This document shows, one piece after another, positions 50,889 to 62,669 of a stretch of DNA of 64,000 nt; the first letter of the stretch is position 1, and the number at the start of each line of letters is the position of its first letter. Under the pieces are notes generated by a model. It searched no databases. It saw only the letters and a list, made by a program, of their open reading frames with translations, and was not told where the DNA came from. Position numbers and translations under genes: made by a program. The DNA is from Podarcis gaigeae. Taxonomy: Eukaryota. The stretch lies in assembly GCA_964106915.2 (NCBI GenBank), contig OZ066916.1; one strand, 5' to 3'.

Positions 50889-51878
50889 CATAGCTGTCAA
50901 CCGTCCCTTATTTGGTGGGAAACTCCCTTATCCCAGCGCAGTTTCCCGCTGCTGTCCTGGATTGATGATGTCCTTTAAACTTCCCGGGTTTCAAGCTCGC
51001 CCAGCTCAGGAGGGAAGCAGCAGCTCGGGGTCCTCCGCCGAGAGAGAGCGAGAGAGAGAGCGCGCACGAGCTGCCGCGTCTCCATCTCTCCCTTTCCCCC
51101 CTCAGGGGCGCGTCGTGAGGAGACGGGTGGAGGCGGGCGGGCAGGCAGCCCCTCTCTTGCGAGACTTCCACCGCGCTGCCAGAGGAAGCCGGAGGCGGCA
51201 GCGACTGAGGAGGCGGCCTGAGGGAGGAGGAAGAGGAGGGGATGGGGAGGGACACAGAAGGGTGGCGCTTCAGTGGCCGCCGCGGCCCCACAACCGCCTC
51301 TTGCCAGGCTCGTGGGTGGCATGGGCGAGAGTCTCTCTCCTTCCCTCCCTCTCTCTCGGGCGGGGAAGGGCTGATGGAACTCCTCGCACCAGGACGATGG
51401 CAGCCCCAACATGCTGCTTAGCATACCCTCCAATCAGTGCAGCATCTTAATGTAGTGATTTCCCCCTCTGCATCCCTTTCGTAACTCTATTTTTTATAAA
51501 TCATTTGTCCATCCATAGTTCAAATTTTTACTACAAGTTTTCTGTCAATCCTACCAATGTATGTAACTCTTTACAATAGCTTTTCAAATAAATTATAAAC
51601 TTTCCCCATTCTTTATTAAAGAGGTCCTCTTCCTGGTTTCTAATTCTGCCTGCAAGCTTTGCCATCTCGACCTGGTTCATCAGTTTTGTCTGCCACTCTT
51701 CTTTGGTCGGCGTTCTTGACCCTTAGGATCATCTAGTTCAACCCCCTGCAAAACACAGTCAGTGGCAGCCAAAGCAGCATGGCTCTATCAGTGGTGGATT
51801 TCTATATAAGCTAAGTAAAATCCCTTATTTTTGAGGCTGCTGGTCCCTTCTTTTCAAATCTGTAAGTTGACAGCTATG
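50889..51878. mobile_element. hAT-type element with composite internal cargo, inserted into an L2 fragment
   Basis: TIR CATAGCTGTCAAC / GTTGACAGCTATG; TSD GGGAGCCA/GGAGCCA; L2 sequence continues on both sides. Confidence 0.85.
51400..51716 (-). mobile_element. L1-clade ORF2 C-terminal fragment with partial 3' UTR
   Basis: RTPTKEEWQTKLMNQVEMAKLAGRIRNQEEDLFNKEWGKFIIYLKSYCKEL..* (51716-51531). Confidence 0.75.
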
Positions 51879-53099
51879 GGAGCCACTACAGAGAAGGCCT
51901 GTTCTTGTATTGCAACCTCCGGACCTCACATGAAGGAGGCACACAAAGAAAGGCCTTAGAGAATGAATGCAGAGTCCGGGCAGTTTATATTGGTAGAGGT
52001 GGTCCTTGATACTGAGCCAGATGGTATAAGACTAGGTATAAGGCACCAGCCTATGTTCTTCTCCATTTAAATGCCTGAAAAGAGCAGTGATGAAGGGTGG
52101 TATAATAACAATAGAAACAAAACCAACAGCAACAACATATTACAAGTCACAGGTTCCCCAGTTCTGAACTATAATGGGCAAAATAATTTTGTGTTGGCTA
52201 AGCCTTTTAATTTATTGTGATTGACCTATGCTGTCTTTTCTCCCCAGAGATAAAGCATATTTCAATAGCATATTTTTTTTTAGATGATTGTGCATATGTC
52301 TTGCGTTTTTTTCCTAAGAAAATGAGTAAGAAAAGAAAGACTATTAAATTGACATGCATTCCCTGGATAAAATGTCCCGAATCAAGGCCATTTTATAATT
52401 TGTTAAGGTGCCTTGACCTTCCCTCCATGAAACTTCCTAACTCTTTTTTTTTATCTACCATACAGCCTTGCAGAGTTTTCAAAGAGATTCCAATCTACAC
52501 TTTCAAGTTGGAAGAAAATTGCTTTCACACTTTAGAAAACTAATCAAAAAATTCATTCTGCCACCCATCTAGTTTTGATTTGTATTGGTTTGCTGGATAT
52601 TTCCCCCAATGAAGTAATAATAACAATAAATTACTCTTCAAACGAATCATCATTTTATGAATATTTTTATTTGATATTCACTCTTTCTCCACTGCCTCCC
52701 TGCACCTGCAATACGCTAGAGTTCCACTTCCCTGCCATTTTTTGGTTTTTACTGGCCCTGCTCAGTGACGGCCTGACACAGAGATTAAACAGCAAAAGTC
52801 TTTCCAGCCATGAAGATAAGTAGCAGAAAAATTGACACCAAATTAATTTCCATGGGTCAGACTGCTGTTAAGAGCACAAGAGCAGGGCCAATATAAAAGG
52901 CAGTGGCAGCAGATCCAGCTCTGGTCACTACAGGCTATGAATCCCGTGTATCTCTTCCAGCTTAAAAATAATAATATTTTAAATAGTTAAATTAAGTTTT
53001 ATGGCTGTATTAAGAGATCTTTTGCTGCTTTGAGCAAAGTCATGGAACTTCTGTAATCTACAAAGAGAGAAAATATTGCACTTCATGTTGTAGCCTAAT

Positions 53100-53252
53100 C
53101 TGATGATAATGATGATGATGGTGATGATGATGATGATAATTTATACCCCACCCATCTGACTCGGTTTTCCCAGCTGCTCTGGGCAGTGTCCAACAAAGTA
53201 TTAAAAGTACAATAAAACATCAAACATTAAAACTTCAGATGTCTTCTAAAAT
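53100..53252 (-). mobile_element. L2 3' fragment with (GAT)n tail
   Basis: Matches the other L2 tails in the window. Confidence 0.75.
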
Positions 53253-54639
53253 AAGCATTGCTTTTATTCCTTGACTAGGGTCTGCCCCACTGCTTACTCT
53301 GCTCACCAATTCCCTCCCCTGCCCACTCTACACTTGTGGGGTCCTGTGTGCCTTCTGCCAAGAAAACTCAAGAAAGTAGCTTATTTCTCTCCTTTGTCCT
53401 CCCTGCCACTGTGGAAACCAAGGGAAGGATGCAAGCTTTTTCCTCTTGCTCCCACAGCAGCAGGATGGGCTGGGGAGGGGGAGACTTCCTCCCTTCGTTC
53501 CCCTCCTTCCACAAGTGGCAGCAGTGATAGGGGCTTGAAGGGCTGCTTAAGCCTCCCCCTTTTTGTCTCATGCCGCCACGACTGCTGTGCATCTAGAGGC
53601 CAGCCAACACTTCTGTGTGCCTATCTCATCTCTGGCCACTTGAGGCTGTCCATTCACCACCTCTGGCCATGCTGTAGTTCATAGCACCACCTGTTGGTGA
53701 CCAAGAAAACTGCACCATGACAACACAAACACATTGTTATTATAAAGTAAGATCATTTTTATAACTTTTTTTTTTAAAAAAAAAAGCTGAAAAAAGTGAA
53801 GGATAATTAATGGTTTCTCCCTCCCTCACCTTCAGGGTGGCTCACTACTTTTAAAGGGCTAAGCCAGAGTGGTTAGTAGAAAACATCCTGAGCTCTTTTC
53901 CTTTAAGTTGCTGGGTGCTGATGGATTCTGCCACAGAGTAAGACTACAACTTAAACCCCACTTAACCGGGAATTCACCCCAATGAATTTGGTAGGGCTTC
54001 GGAATAAACATGGTAAAGGTTGTGTTGTAAGCCCATTTATTCCAGAAAAAACAGGGCTTTTACAGCTATTCTAATATGATGTGCCAAGTTGTTGTTGTTG
54101 TTGTTATTGTTTAGCAGTGCTCCTGTGCGTGTAGTGGAGAGGGAAAGCAGAGGAGCACATTCAGAAAGGGAACCAGGTGTGCCTGGGTGATTAATGGACC
54201 CTCCTTGCTGTGGCAAGTGAATGAGAAGGCCTTGAAGTTTGTTTAAGGGAAATTATCATAGATGGAGCCAGAGAATGAGAAAAATAATCAAGCAGAGACT
54301 GGGTTTTCTTTTCTTTGATGGGGTAGCTATGTACAGCACTGCAGTCATGCTGATCACATTAAACTGTGTTGTTTAGGGGCAGAAGGTGCTGGCTGCATTT
54401 TTCTTTAGGGGTGCCATATTTCAAAAAGTACAATCCCTGACACCTGCAAAGTTGTTGAGCTTTTGAGCAAACTCCCCCTATGGCATTTTTACACCCCAAA
54501 GCCATGACATTTTCTGGCATATGGCGAGCCTGAATTTTGGGGACTCTCCTCCCTGGTGCTTCGATCCTGGGTAGGTGGACTGCCTGGAAGTGCCCTTACA
54601 TTTCAAAGAGTGTCGTTCATCCACTAGCTCTCCAAGTGT

Positions 54640-54770
54640 AAAATAGCTCAATTGGTAGGGCATGAGACTCTGAATCTCAGGCTCACGGGTTTGAGCCTCA
54701 CATCGGGCAAAGGATTCCTGCACTGCAAGTGGATGGACCAGATCACCTTTCCAACTCGGTGATTCTATGA
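54640..54770 (+). mobile_element. SINE with tRNA-Lys-like head and CR1 tail
   Basis: TAGCTCAATTGGTAGGGCATGAGACTCTGAATCTCAGG..GGGTTTGAGCCTCACATCGGGC then ATTCCTGCACTGCA..TTCCAACTC..ATTCTATGA. Confidence 0.75.
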
Positions 54771-55239
54771 GAGAAGCAGCTGAGCATCCCATCTCTATGG
54801 GTTTGTGTGGAAGTAGGAGCGCCAGTTTGGCCCCACCAGCATGGCTGCCCGGGGCTGTGTGCATGATCCTGGCGCCAAAATGTGTGGGTGCCCGGCCCCT
54901 TCACGGGGAATTTGGTGGGTGCTTGGACACATAGGGAGCAGCCACTTATGTGTGCAAGCTTCCCTGAGTGAACGTCCCCTTACCATGCAACTGCGACTGG
55001 GAAATTTTATGTCAAGTGTTGCATTGCAGTATACTTGGCACGGATTGTTGCATTCCGACGATCATTTCGGGTGAGGAAGCCAGGCTTTTCATTATAACAT
55101 TTCGACGTTTATATAACCAAGTTCTTCATTAAAAAAAAAGAAGGAAACCCTCGATGTAGAGATGCACGAGGATGCCGGGAGGAGAGAGAAAGAGAAAATC
55201 CCCTCCAAACACACTGCAAACTGAGGCTTAAACGGAAAC

Positions 55240-55700
55240 AACCAGAGGTCAGTGCAACGCCACAACTTGTCACTAGCTGTAGTAGCAGCCGCCGCCACGG
55301 CTCACAAAAGCTCCTATTTCACAGCTCGCGCTGCGGAAGGATATTTTACCTTGTTTACCCTGCAGCCGGCTCATTGAATGAGTGGAAAGAGGGAAGGGGA
55401 GGGAGAGGCTTGGGCAGGCTTTGCTCGTGTGATTGGCGCTTCGCCGGCTCAATGGGGAGGCACCTCGGGGCTCGGGGCGGGCCCTCTCCGCGGAGCCAGT
55501 CGGCTCTGCGGCGGCGGGGACTGGGCAGGCAGTCAGTCTCTTAGCCAGCCAGCCAGCCTGCTCGCTTGCCTGTGCGCTCCGGTTCGGCGTAAATGCGCTG
55601 GAGCTGCTGCAGCCGCCGCCGTTTGTGACACCCAGTAAGTAGAGACGCAGCGAGAGAATTCCCAGCGCACGTAAGTAGCTATTAATACATGGTGGGGAAG
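55240..55700 (+). promoter_or_regulatory. TRIB2: TRIB2 CpG-island promoter (TSS not determined)
   Basis: Abrupt rise in CpG density; inverted CCAAT (ATTGG, 55432) and GC box GGGGCGGG (~55474); repeat-free to the ATG. Confidence 0.7.
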
Positions 55701-55973
55701 ATGATGCCTTGCTGAAAGGGATTGGCTCGGCCATCCCTTTCCCTCCCTACCTCCTCCTCCTACCTCCAGGAATTAAGAGAGATCGACGCCTGAAATAACT
55801 GAGTATATATACATATATATATATTCTACACACACGCACATATTCAACGTGCATCTTTAAAGTAGCAGCATCTCCTCCGCATCTCAGGACTCTCAAAAGG
55901 AGGGACAAAGAGGAAACCGGCGAAAGGAGGTCTCCTCTCTTGCAGAGCTACTATTGTTAAGTATTCGCCTTTC

Positions 55974-56093
55974 ATGCTGCTGCTGCTTTTGCATCATCAC
56001 CACCATCATCATCATCGCCGCTGCAGGCGCGTCGCGCTCCAGGATTTGCTGAAAAGCGAAGGGATTTTCTCCCCCCACTCTTGTTGGAGATAA
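55974..56093 (+). other. Candidate uORF, 39 aa, MLLLLLHHHHHHHHRRCRRVALQDLLKSEGIFSPHSCWR
   Basis: ATG 55974 to TAA 56093 in the presumed TRIB2 leader; translation not demonstrated. Confidence 0.4.
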
Positions 56094-57177
56094 ATAAGCA
56101 AATCAGCCCCACGCGAAATGGAAGAGCATTGATCCGCGCCTGTCCTTGATTGCACTTTTTGTCTGATCAAAGGAAACACACGCGAGGGCGCGCGCACACG
56201 AGAGCCGTCGTCTCGGGCGCGTGGATCTTCGCGCACCTCTCTCTTTCCCGGTGGTGACGGTGCCTTTCAATTTAGGAACATTTTCCCTCCCGCAAAAGAA
56301 AAAAAGAGAGAGAGAGAGTAAAGAAATCGATGACCAAATAGCGTCTTTCTATTTTTCTCTGTGTGTATTTGTATATACATATATATTTATATCTATATAT
56401 ATTATATTTTTCATCTTTTTGTTGTTGTTGGAGCTCCTTGCTGACCCTCTGAAGTTAAATGCTCCCTCGTCGTGGTTTTGGTTTTTTTTGCATATCTGGA
56501 TAGTCCTTGCTATCAGGGAAAAAGCTTCAGACGCCATCTACAGTTAAAACGTAGGGGAAAAAATTGATTGGGGGGGAACCCAGTCGTCTGGCTGGTTGCT
56601 GCACGTTACCTGAACTTAACACTTTTCCAGCCGTGCGAGGATTTTGCAGGAGCGCAGAGGAAGCCAAATACTAATAACGATTCTCACCTCTCTCCGTTCT
56701 CGACTTGTTCATTCCATTGTTATTTCTTTAAACAACAACAACAACACAGTTGCATTTCCTGAGAGGCCACGTTTTTGGAAAGACTCACGCTTTGGCTTTG
56801 TTTGTGTCACTTTGTTCTCTTGCGCAAAAGCTCCCCGACGTGCCGGGCTTCTCCGGGAGAGGGGAACCCTTCGGCTTGGCCATCCGCTCTCCAGTTTCCG
56901 CGCCCCCTACCTCCTGTTTCCTCTCTCGGCGACATAAACTGGACACTAACCCCACGGAAACTTGCCCTCCGAAATCCCCCTCTTTTCTTCCGGCGACAGC
57001 ACAAAGGCATCGTTGCGGCCGGCCTGATCTTCACAATAAACCCCCCTCTCCAAAACGGTTGTGTGTGTGTGCGCGCGCGCGCTCTGCTGCTGCTGCTCGC
57101 TCCCGCCTGCATCTGTGCGTGTTGTGTGATTTTTTTGGGGGGGACCTTTTTTTGGAGGGCTTGCTCTCTCCATCCCC

Positions 57178-57447
57178 ATGAACATACAAAGGTCAACCCC
57201 AATCACAATCGCACGCTATGGAAGACCTCGGAATAAAACCCAGGATTTTGAAGAGCTTTCTTCTGTAAGGCCCACCGAGTCCAGCCAGAGTTTCAGCCCC
57301 AATCTCGGCTCACCCAGCCCGCCAGAGACTCCCAACTTGCCGCATTGCGTTTCTTGCATCGGGAAATACTTACTGCTGGAGCCTCTGGAAGGAGATCACA
57401 TTTTTCGAGCCGTGCATCTGCACAGTGAGGAGGAGCTGGTTTGCAAG
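57178..57447 (+). CDS. TRIB2: Tribbles pseudokinase 2, coding exon 1 (aa 1-90)
   Basis: [75 protein letters not shown]; donor AAG|GTAACA, phase 0. Confidence 0.98.
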
Positions 57448-60400
57448 GTAACAACTTTCCTGCCTCTCTTCTCTTCTCCCACCCCCTGGGATTTTTATTT
57501 TTTTAAAAGCCTTTCTCTGTCTAGCGAGTTTATTTTTAGAAAGTGTACTCCGGAGTGGGGGCTGTGTGTGCTGGGGGCGGCGGCGAGCCATTGATTTAAG
57601 CACTGGGAGAAGTTTAATTAAAACAAACAGGGAGGAAAAAAAATCCTTGCATAATTTAAACGGCTCTCAGCAACTTTCCAGACAATGGCCACGTTATAAC
57701 GGTGGCCTGGAGCCAAAGACTTGGGGAGGGGAGGAGGAGGGGAGTTAGGCTCTGAAGGCCACATAGGTAGAAGTACGTATAATCTAATTTCCCTCCTCTC
57801 TTTCCTTTCTGACTTCCCAAAAGGGAATCCCTTGCTAATTTTCAACCGGTCCTCCGAGGATATTTCACTTCCCTTGCGTGGTGCTGGATGCAAACTTGGC
57901 AAGTTGGCAGCTTTGCCTCTGTGTAAGACTGCAGTCCTGTGTAGGCTTACTTGAGAGGAAGCCTGATTCCTCAGAGAGGGAGTTTTACTTGCAAGTCGAC
58001 ATGTGTGGGATTGGAATGTGGATCCGAGTTCTTTTTTTAAAAAAAAAATGCACACGAGCACCAAGCCTCCTTGCTATGGATTGTTTGCAAACACAATCGC
58101 CCACGTTTCAGCAGGAAACAATAATAATAATAATAAAAAATCCTTGCACACTTGCATGCTTATTTTGTTCGAAGGGCATGCAGAAAACAACAACAGGGCT
58201 CAGACTTGGTAGGTTGCTGGCTTCTCCGGTCTCTTCAGCTCCCCAGTGAAGGTAAACTGTGGAGAAAGGAAGTCCACATGCTTCTCCTATGGAGGGAAGT
58301 GGCGTCCATTCACTCAGAGGCGATACTATTTCCTTTGTTCCTAAACTGCTGTGGTTACTCTTGCTTTCGCTCTCCCTGGTGCCCTCTTGGAGCTCTGCTC
58401 CTGGAGCAGCCCCTGGAAAGGCTGTGTGGGAAGATTGCCACACTACACCACCTTTGTAATTACAGAACATTTCACCCAAAATGTGTATTTTTATAGGATT
58501 GAGAACAAAACCCAAACAAGCTGCAATCCTAGTGTTGAATCGGTAGGCTGTGATATAGACACATGGACTACCCTTTAAATAATCCAAGCTTTTTGGTCAC
58601 TGTAGACCAGGTGGATGTTTTTATTTAGATTCATATGTGGTGGCAAAATTAAACTGCAGCCCCTGGTTCGTCCCAAAGAGCTCTCTGTTCAGGGCAGTAA
58701 AAAATGTACTGGCCACCCGTGAGTCATGAACCTTAAATCTTAATAAAGATTTAGTTCTGTGCAGTTTATACCTGATTATGGAAAGTAGAGCCTCTCTGAC
58801 CTTGCAAGGACTTCCACTGCACAAGGAACCAGAAAGTGGAGCGATGGTGCAGATCATTTAAAATGCATGCATTAGTTTGTCCAAAATAGATGCAGATCAA
58901 AATATTATCAGCCTCCTCTTGTGGGAGGTGCAGATGAAAGCCAAAGAACGAGCAGCTGAAATGCAAAGAATGACATCTTTATGAAGATGCACAAATCTCA
59001 CAAGGCTGCCTTATCTGCTTGAAGATTTTCAGGAGCTAGTAACTTCTTTTTACACATCTAGTAGTTAAATTCGATCCAAAACCACCTGTGATTGAGTTCT
59101 AAAGGTATAGGAAACTACTGTGCTACAGAAGCAGAACTCCTGTATGAAAGAGCATCTTTGTCCATTATAATGTCTTTGAGGAAATGTTAGGAATTTTCAT
59201 GTTTTGAGGACACTGGCAACCATTTTTCGTAACTGAACGCCTCCCTAAACAAACAAACAAAAACATTTCAGTTCCCCTCGCTTGCAAAATTGTAACCCTT
59301 CATGTTTGCCTTTAAAAAAACAAAACAAAATCTGCCTCTTTGGCTGCTCCTGAAAAAATAGTGCCCTTGCATATACAGCTAATAATAATAATAATAATAA
59401 TCAACCGACTTGTCTAAGTAAAAACAGGCTTGTGGATTCCCCCCCCCCGCCCCACCCCCATTAAGAGCCAGATAACAAAGGGGGGCTGATGAGGCATAAT
59501 TTAATTTGGCTGGAACCCCCTGAGTATGCAAAATGCCATTCTAGAATCCAAATGAGCTCTTTTCTTTACACTCGCTGCTGGAAAGAGCTAAACTGGACTA
59601 CCTATAAAGTCACATGTCCTGACTTTGCATTATAAAGAAGAACAAAGATAAGCTTTGGGGGAGCCAGTCAAAATGACATCTTAAAAAAAGGCTCTTAGGG
59701 GGAGATTTGGCTGTTAAGGGGAAACGTTTTGCTTGCATGAGGGCCACATGTTTTTATAGTACTTAGAAGGTGGTCATGCCTGCGATCCTGATCCTGGTTA
59801 CCTAGGAGTCAGCCTCAATGGATTCATCAGGACTTCAGAGTAGACAAATAATATCATGCAGACGATGTGCTGCAAGATTTCACAAGGAGACTGCAGTTGT
59901 GGTGGGAATGTATATCTGTTCCCACAGCTTCTGGTATCATTGATGGGTTCCCCTGAAAGGAAGACATCTGGAGGACACAAAAACAAACACCACCTGCAGT
60001 GGTCTTCCCTTTTACAGATATGTAGTTAACCGGTCACCAGCCCCAAGTAAAAGATCTTTTCTCTTTCCACGCATCAGGAATAACAGGAAGAGCTATGGCG
60101 AATGCAGTTCATGGAATTGCCGAAGCTTGCACTTATTTATAGAAACTTGCTAGAGAGTTTCTCAACCTGCTGCAGTCCTCTGCATGTTTACCTAGGAGCA
60201 AAACCCATTGAATTGGGTGAGACTTAGTTCTGAATGGACATGCATAGGATGTTGCTAGTAGGTATCTCAAAGGTAAGCGCTGTTCCGCTTCAGAGCATTA
60301 CAGAAGATAATGGCTTCAAGACAGGTTTTGCATGCCTTAAATTAATTTCTGAATTGCTAAGCTACAAGCTATAGAAAGAGCAAGTGGTGAGCCACAGTCA

Positions 60401-61542
60401 TTTATCCTTACGTTGCGCAATATGGTTGGCCTGCGTTCTTCAGCATTAATCTGACTTTGTAACTTCCTGACCTTCATTACCAAGGGACAAATGCATGAGA
60501 ATCCCGCAGCCTTTGCGAATAATGAAAGCCTTTGTGTCACGCACTGGTTATGCCTTCTTACTGCAGTGCACCCGTTATTCTCAATGAAACGTTTCCATTG
60601 CCTGGAATCCAAATGTCTCAAGCACTGATTCATTCATAATCGCTGGATTAGTGGAACATTTTTTTATATCTATATTTGAGTTTCCCAGCATGCTTGGCGA
60701 TTCCTTGCCATTTCATTCACGAGAACACAAGGTGGATGTGCTTGCAAGGTTAGAGAGCCACTCGTTCTGCTTAAAAAAGATGCACTAAAAATCTCCATAA
60801 GGCAAATACAAGTTTGCAAGTCCATTCGAACATTTCCCTAGTCTTAGTAGGGAACTCGCAACCCAGGGGGCCCAACCCCAAAGTGACGTCTCATATGTTT
60901 GCCATCATTGCGTTTGCACCTAAGCTCCCCTGTTGCACATCTCCCAGAATTTTCTCCTATGCAAGCCATCACAAGCGAAGGGCTATCCATTTTGCCTCAT
61001 CTTACAACCGCCCGCCCTGTCACCGTGTGAACAGCAACCGAAACCTTGTGTTTTCTGTTGCTTAGCAACGGAAACACAGCAGAGTCCTTCCCTTGTTTTT
61101 TAGCATTTCAGACACAACTCTGAGACGTCACCAAAGGCCTCTTTAACTCCTTCCTTTTGTGAAACAGCAAGGGAGGTGTTTTCTATATCTCCGCTCCAAA
61201 TTCCTATGTGGCGGTCAACCTTGGGTGCTTTGCTGTTGTTGGACTACAACGCTTATCCTCCTCAGCCAGCTTAGCCAATTGTCATGGAAGATGGGAAGTG
61301 TAGCCCAAGAACTGTTGGGAACCTAGGGTTGAAGAGCATGGGGATAGACAAGGAGTGGGGAATGGGATAGACTCTGCCAACCTCTGTTGGTGCTTGGGGA
61401 TGGAAGAGGCCATTGCCTGTATATTGGAGAGGGGAGGAAGGAATTTGAGAGCCTTCAGCTTCCATATGAGTTGCGGACCGTGGCACTATTTGTATTGCCC
61501 AACAAGAATTTTGACTTCCCTCATTCCTTCCACTGCCAGAGA

Positions 61543-61702
61543 ATAGAATCATAGAATTGTAGAGTAGGAAGGGACCCTGAGGACCTTCTACTGCAACCCC
61601 CTGCGATGCAGGAATACACAGCTGCCCCACCAGGGAATCAAACCTGCAACCTCAGATGCATTATCAGCACCATGTTCTTTAACCGACCGAGCTATCCAGG
61701 CT
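61543..61702 (-). mobile_element. SINE with tRNA-Ile-like head and CR1 tail, intronic
   Basis: Minus strand TAGCTCGGTCGGTTAAAG..GGTGCTGATAA..GGTTTGATTCC then ATTCCTGCATCGCAGGGGGTTG..ATTCTATGATTCT. Confidence 0.7.
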
Positions 61703-62294
61703 GTGGAAAAGGAAGGTGGTGTGTAGAAATGGGAAACAAGGCTGTGCCCTCCAGAACTACAACTTTCGCCAACCCTAGGCAGCATGGCCAGTGGTCAGGC
61801 ATGATGGGAATTGAAGTCTGAAGGGCACCATGTTGACTTACCCCTCTGATAACCAGAAGAAGGCGGTGATAGTAGCACAACTTGGTTTGAAAGATGGGTG
61901 GGTAAGGGGGAACCTGTGGTCCTCCAGGTGTTGCTAGATTACAATTCCCATAATTTTTGACGATTTAGACCATGGTGGCTGGGCCTGATGGGAGATGGAG
62001 ACCAACAATGTATGGTGCTTCAACCCTGGTTTTTAAAAAAATAAAATGGGAATACAGAGGTAAGGGGGAAACTGGGAGACAACTGAGAGTGCAATTATCA
62101 CATATAAGAAGAGAAAGGTAAATTATGTCAGTAACCAATTTGTGTGAATGGTAAAAATGTTAATAAAAGTTTTAGTTGTTTTTTTAACAAAACAACAACA
62201 GCCCTGGTTTACCAGAGAGTATGGTCCTTTTAAAGAAATGTAGCATGCTCTGCTTACTCTTTAAAACCCATGGCAGAGTTTTCATTCAGATACG

Positions 62295-62511
62295 GAGCCA
62301 GTGTGGTATAGTAGCGAGATGGTTGGACTAGGGCCTGGGAGGCAAGGGTTCAAATCCTCTCTTGGCCTTGAAAGCTCACTGGGTAACCTTGGACCGATCA
62401 CTGCCTCTCAGCCTAACCTACCTTGTAGGATTCTTGGGATTAAATGAGGAGCGGGAGAACTATGGTTGCCACCTTGAGCTCCTTGGGAGGTAAAAAGAAA
62501 AAGGTGGGATG
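62295..62511 (+). mobile_element. tRNA-derived SINE (Squam2/MIR-like), intronic
   Basis: TGGTATAGTAG A-box, GGTTCAAATCC B-box, CTCAGCCTAACCTACC core. Confidence 0.65.
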
Positions 62512-62669
62512 TACCAACAACCTGCAATGCAGGAATCACAGCTAAATGAGTGCCTGGGTGCTGGATCCATTGGTGATATGGGTGGACGGACAGATTGGAC
62601 AGCCCCTCAGAGGCAATGCATAAAAGCAAAACAAGAGTGGGGGAACCCTAAATGTTTTGAAGCATGATA

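Noticed and set aside
50878-51450. 190 aa Arg/Gly-rich ORF and overlapping minus-strand ORFs
   Set aside because: Stop-poor GC-rich transposon cargo; low complexity, no recognisable domain
52330-52570. Possible very old L1 ORF2 remnant on the minus strand
   Set aside because: Only a weak ISLKTLQ-like motif; cannot be supported without a search
56750-57236. 143-153 aa ORFs upstream of or overlapping the TRIB2 start
   Set aside because: Non-ATG starts in GC-rich leader with microsatellite-derived residues; no homology recognised
57448-57594. Extension of the TRIB2 exon 1 ORF to 138 aa
   Set aside because: Read-through past the GT donor into intron 1; similarity to TRIB2 stops at LVCK
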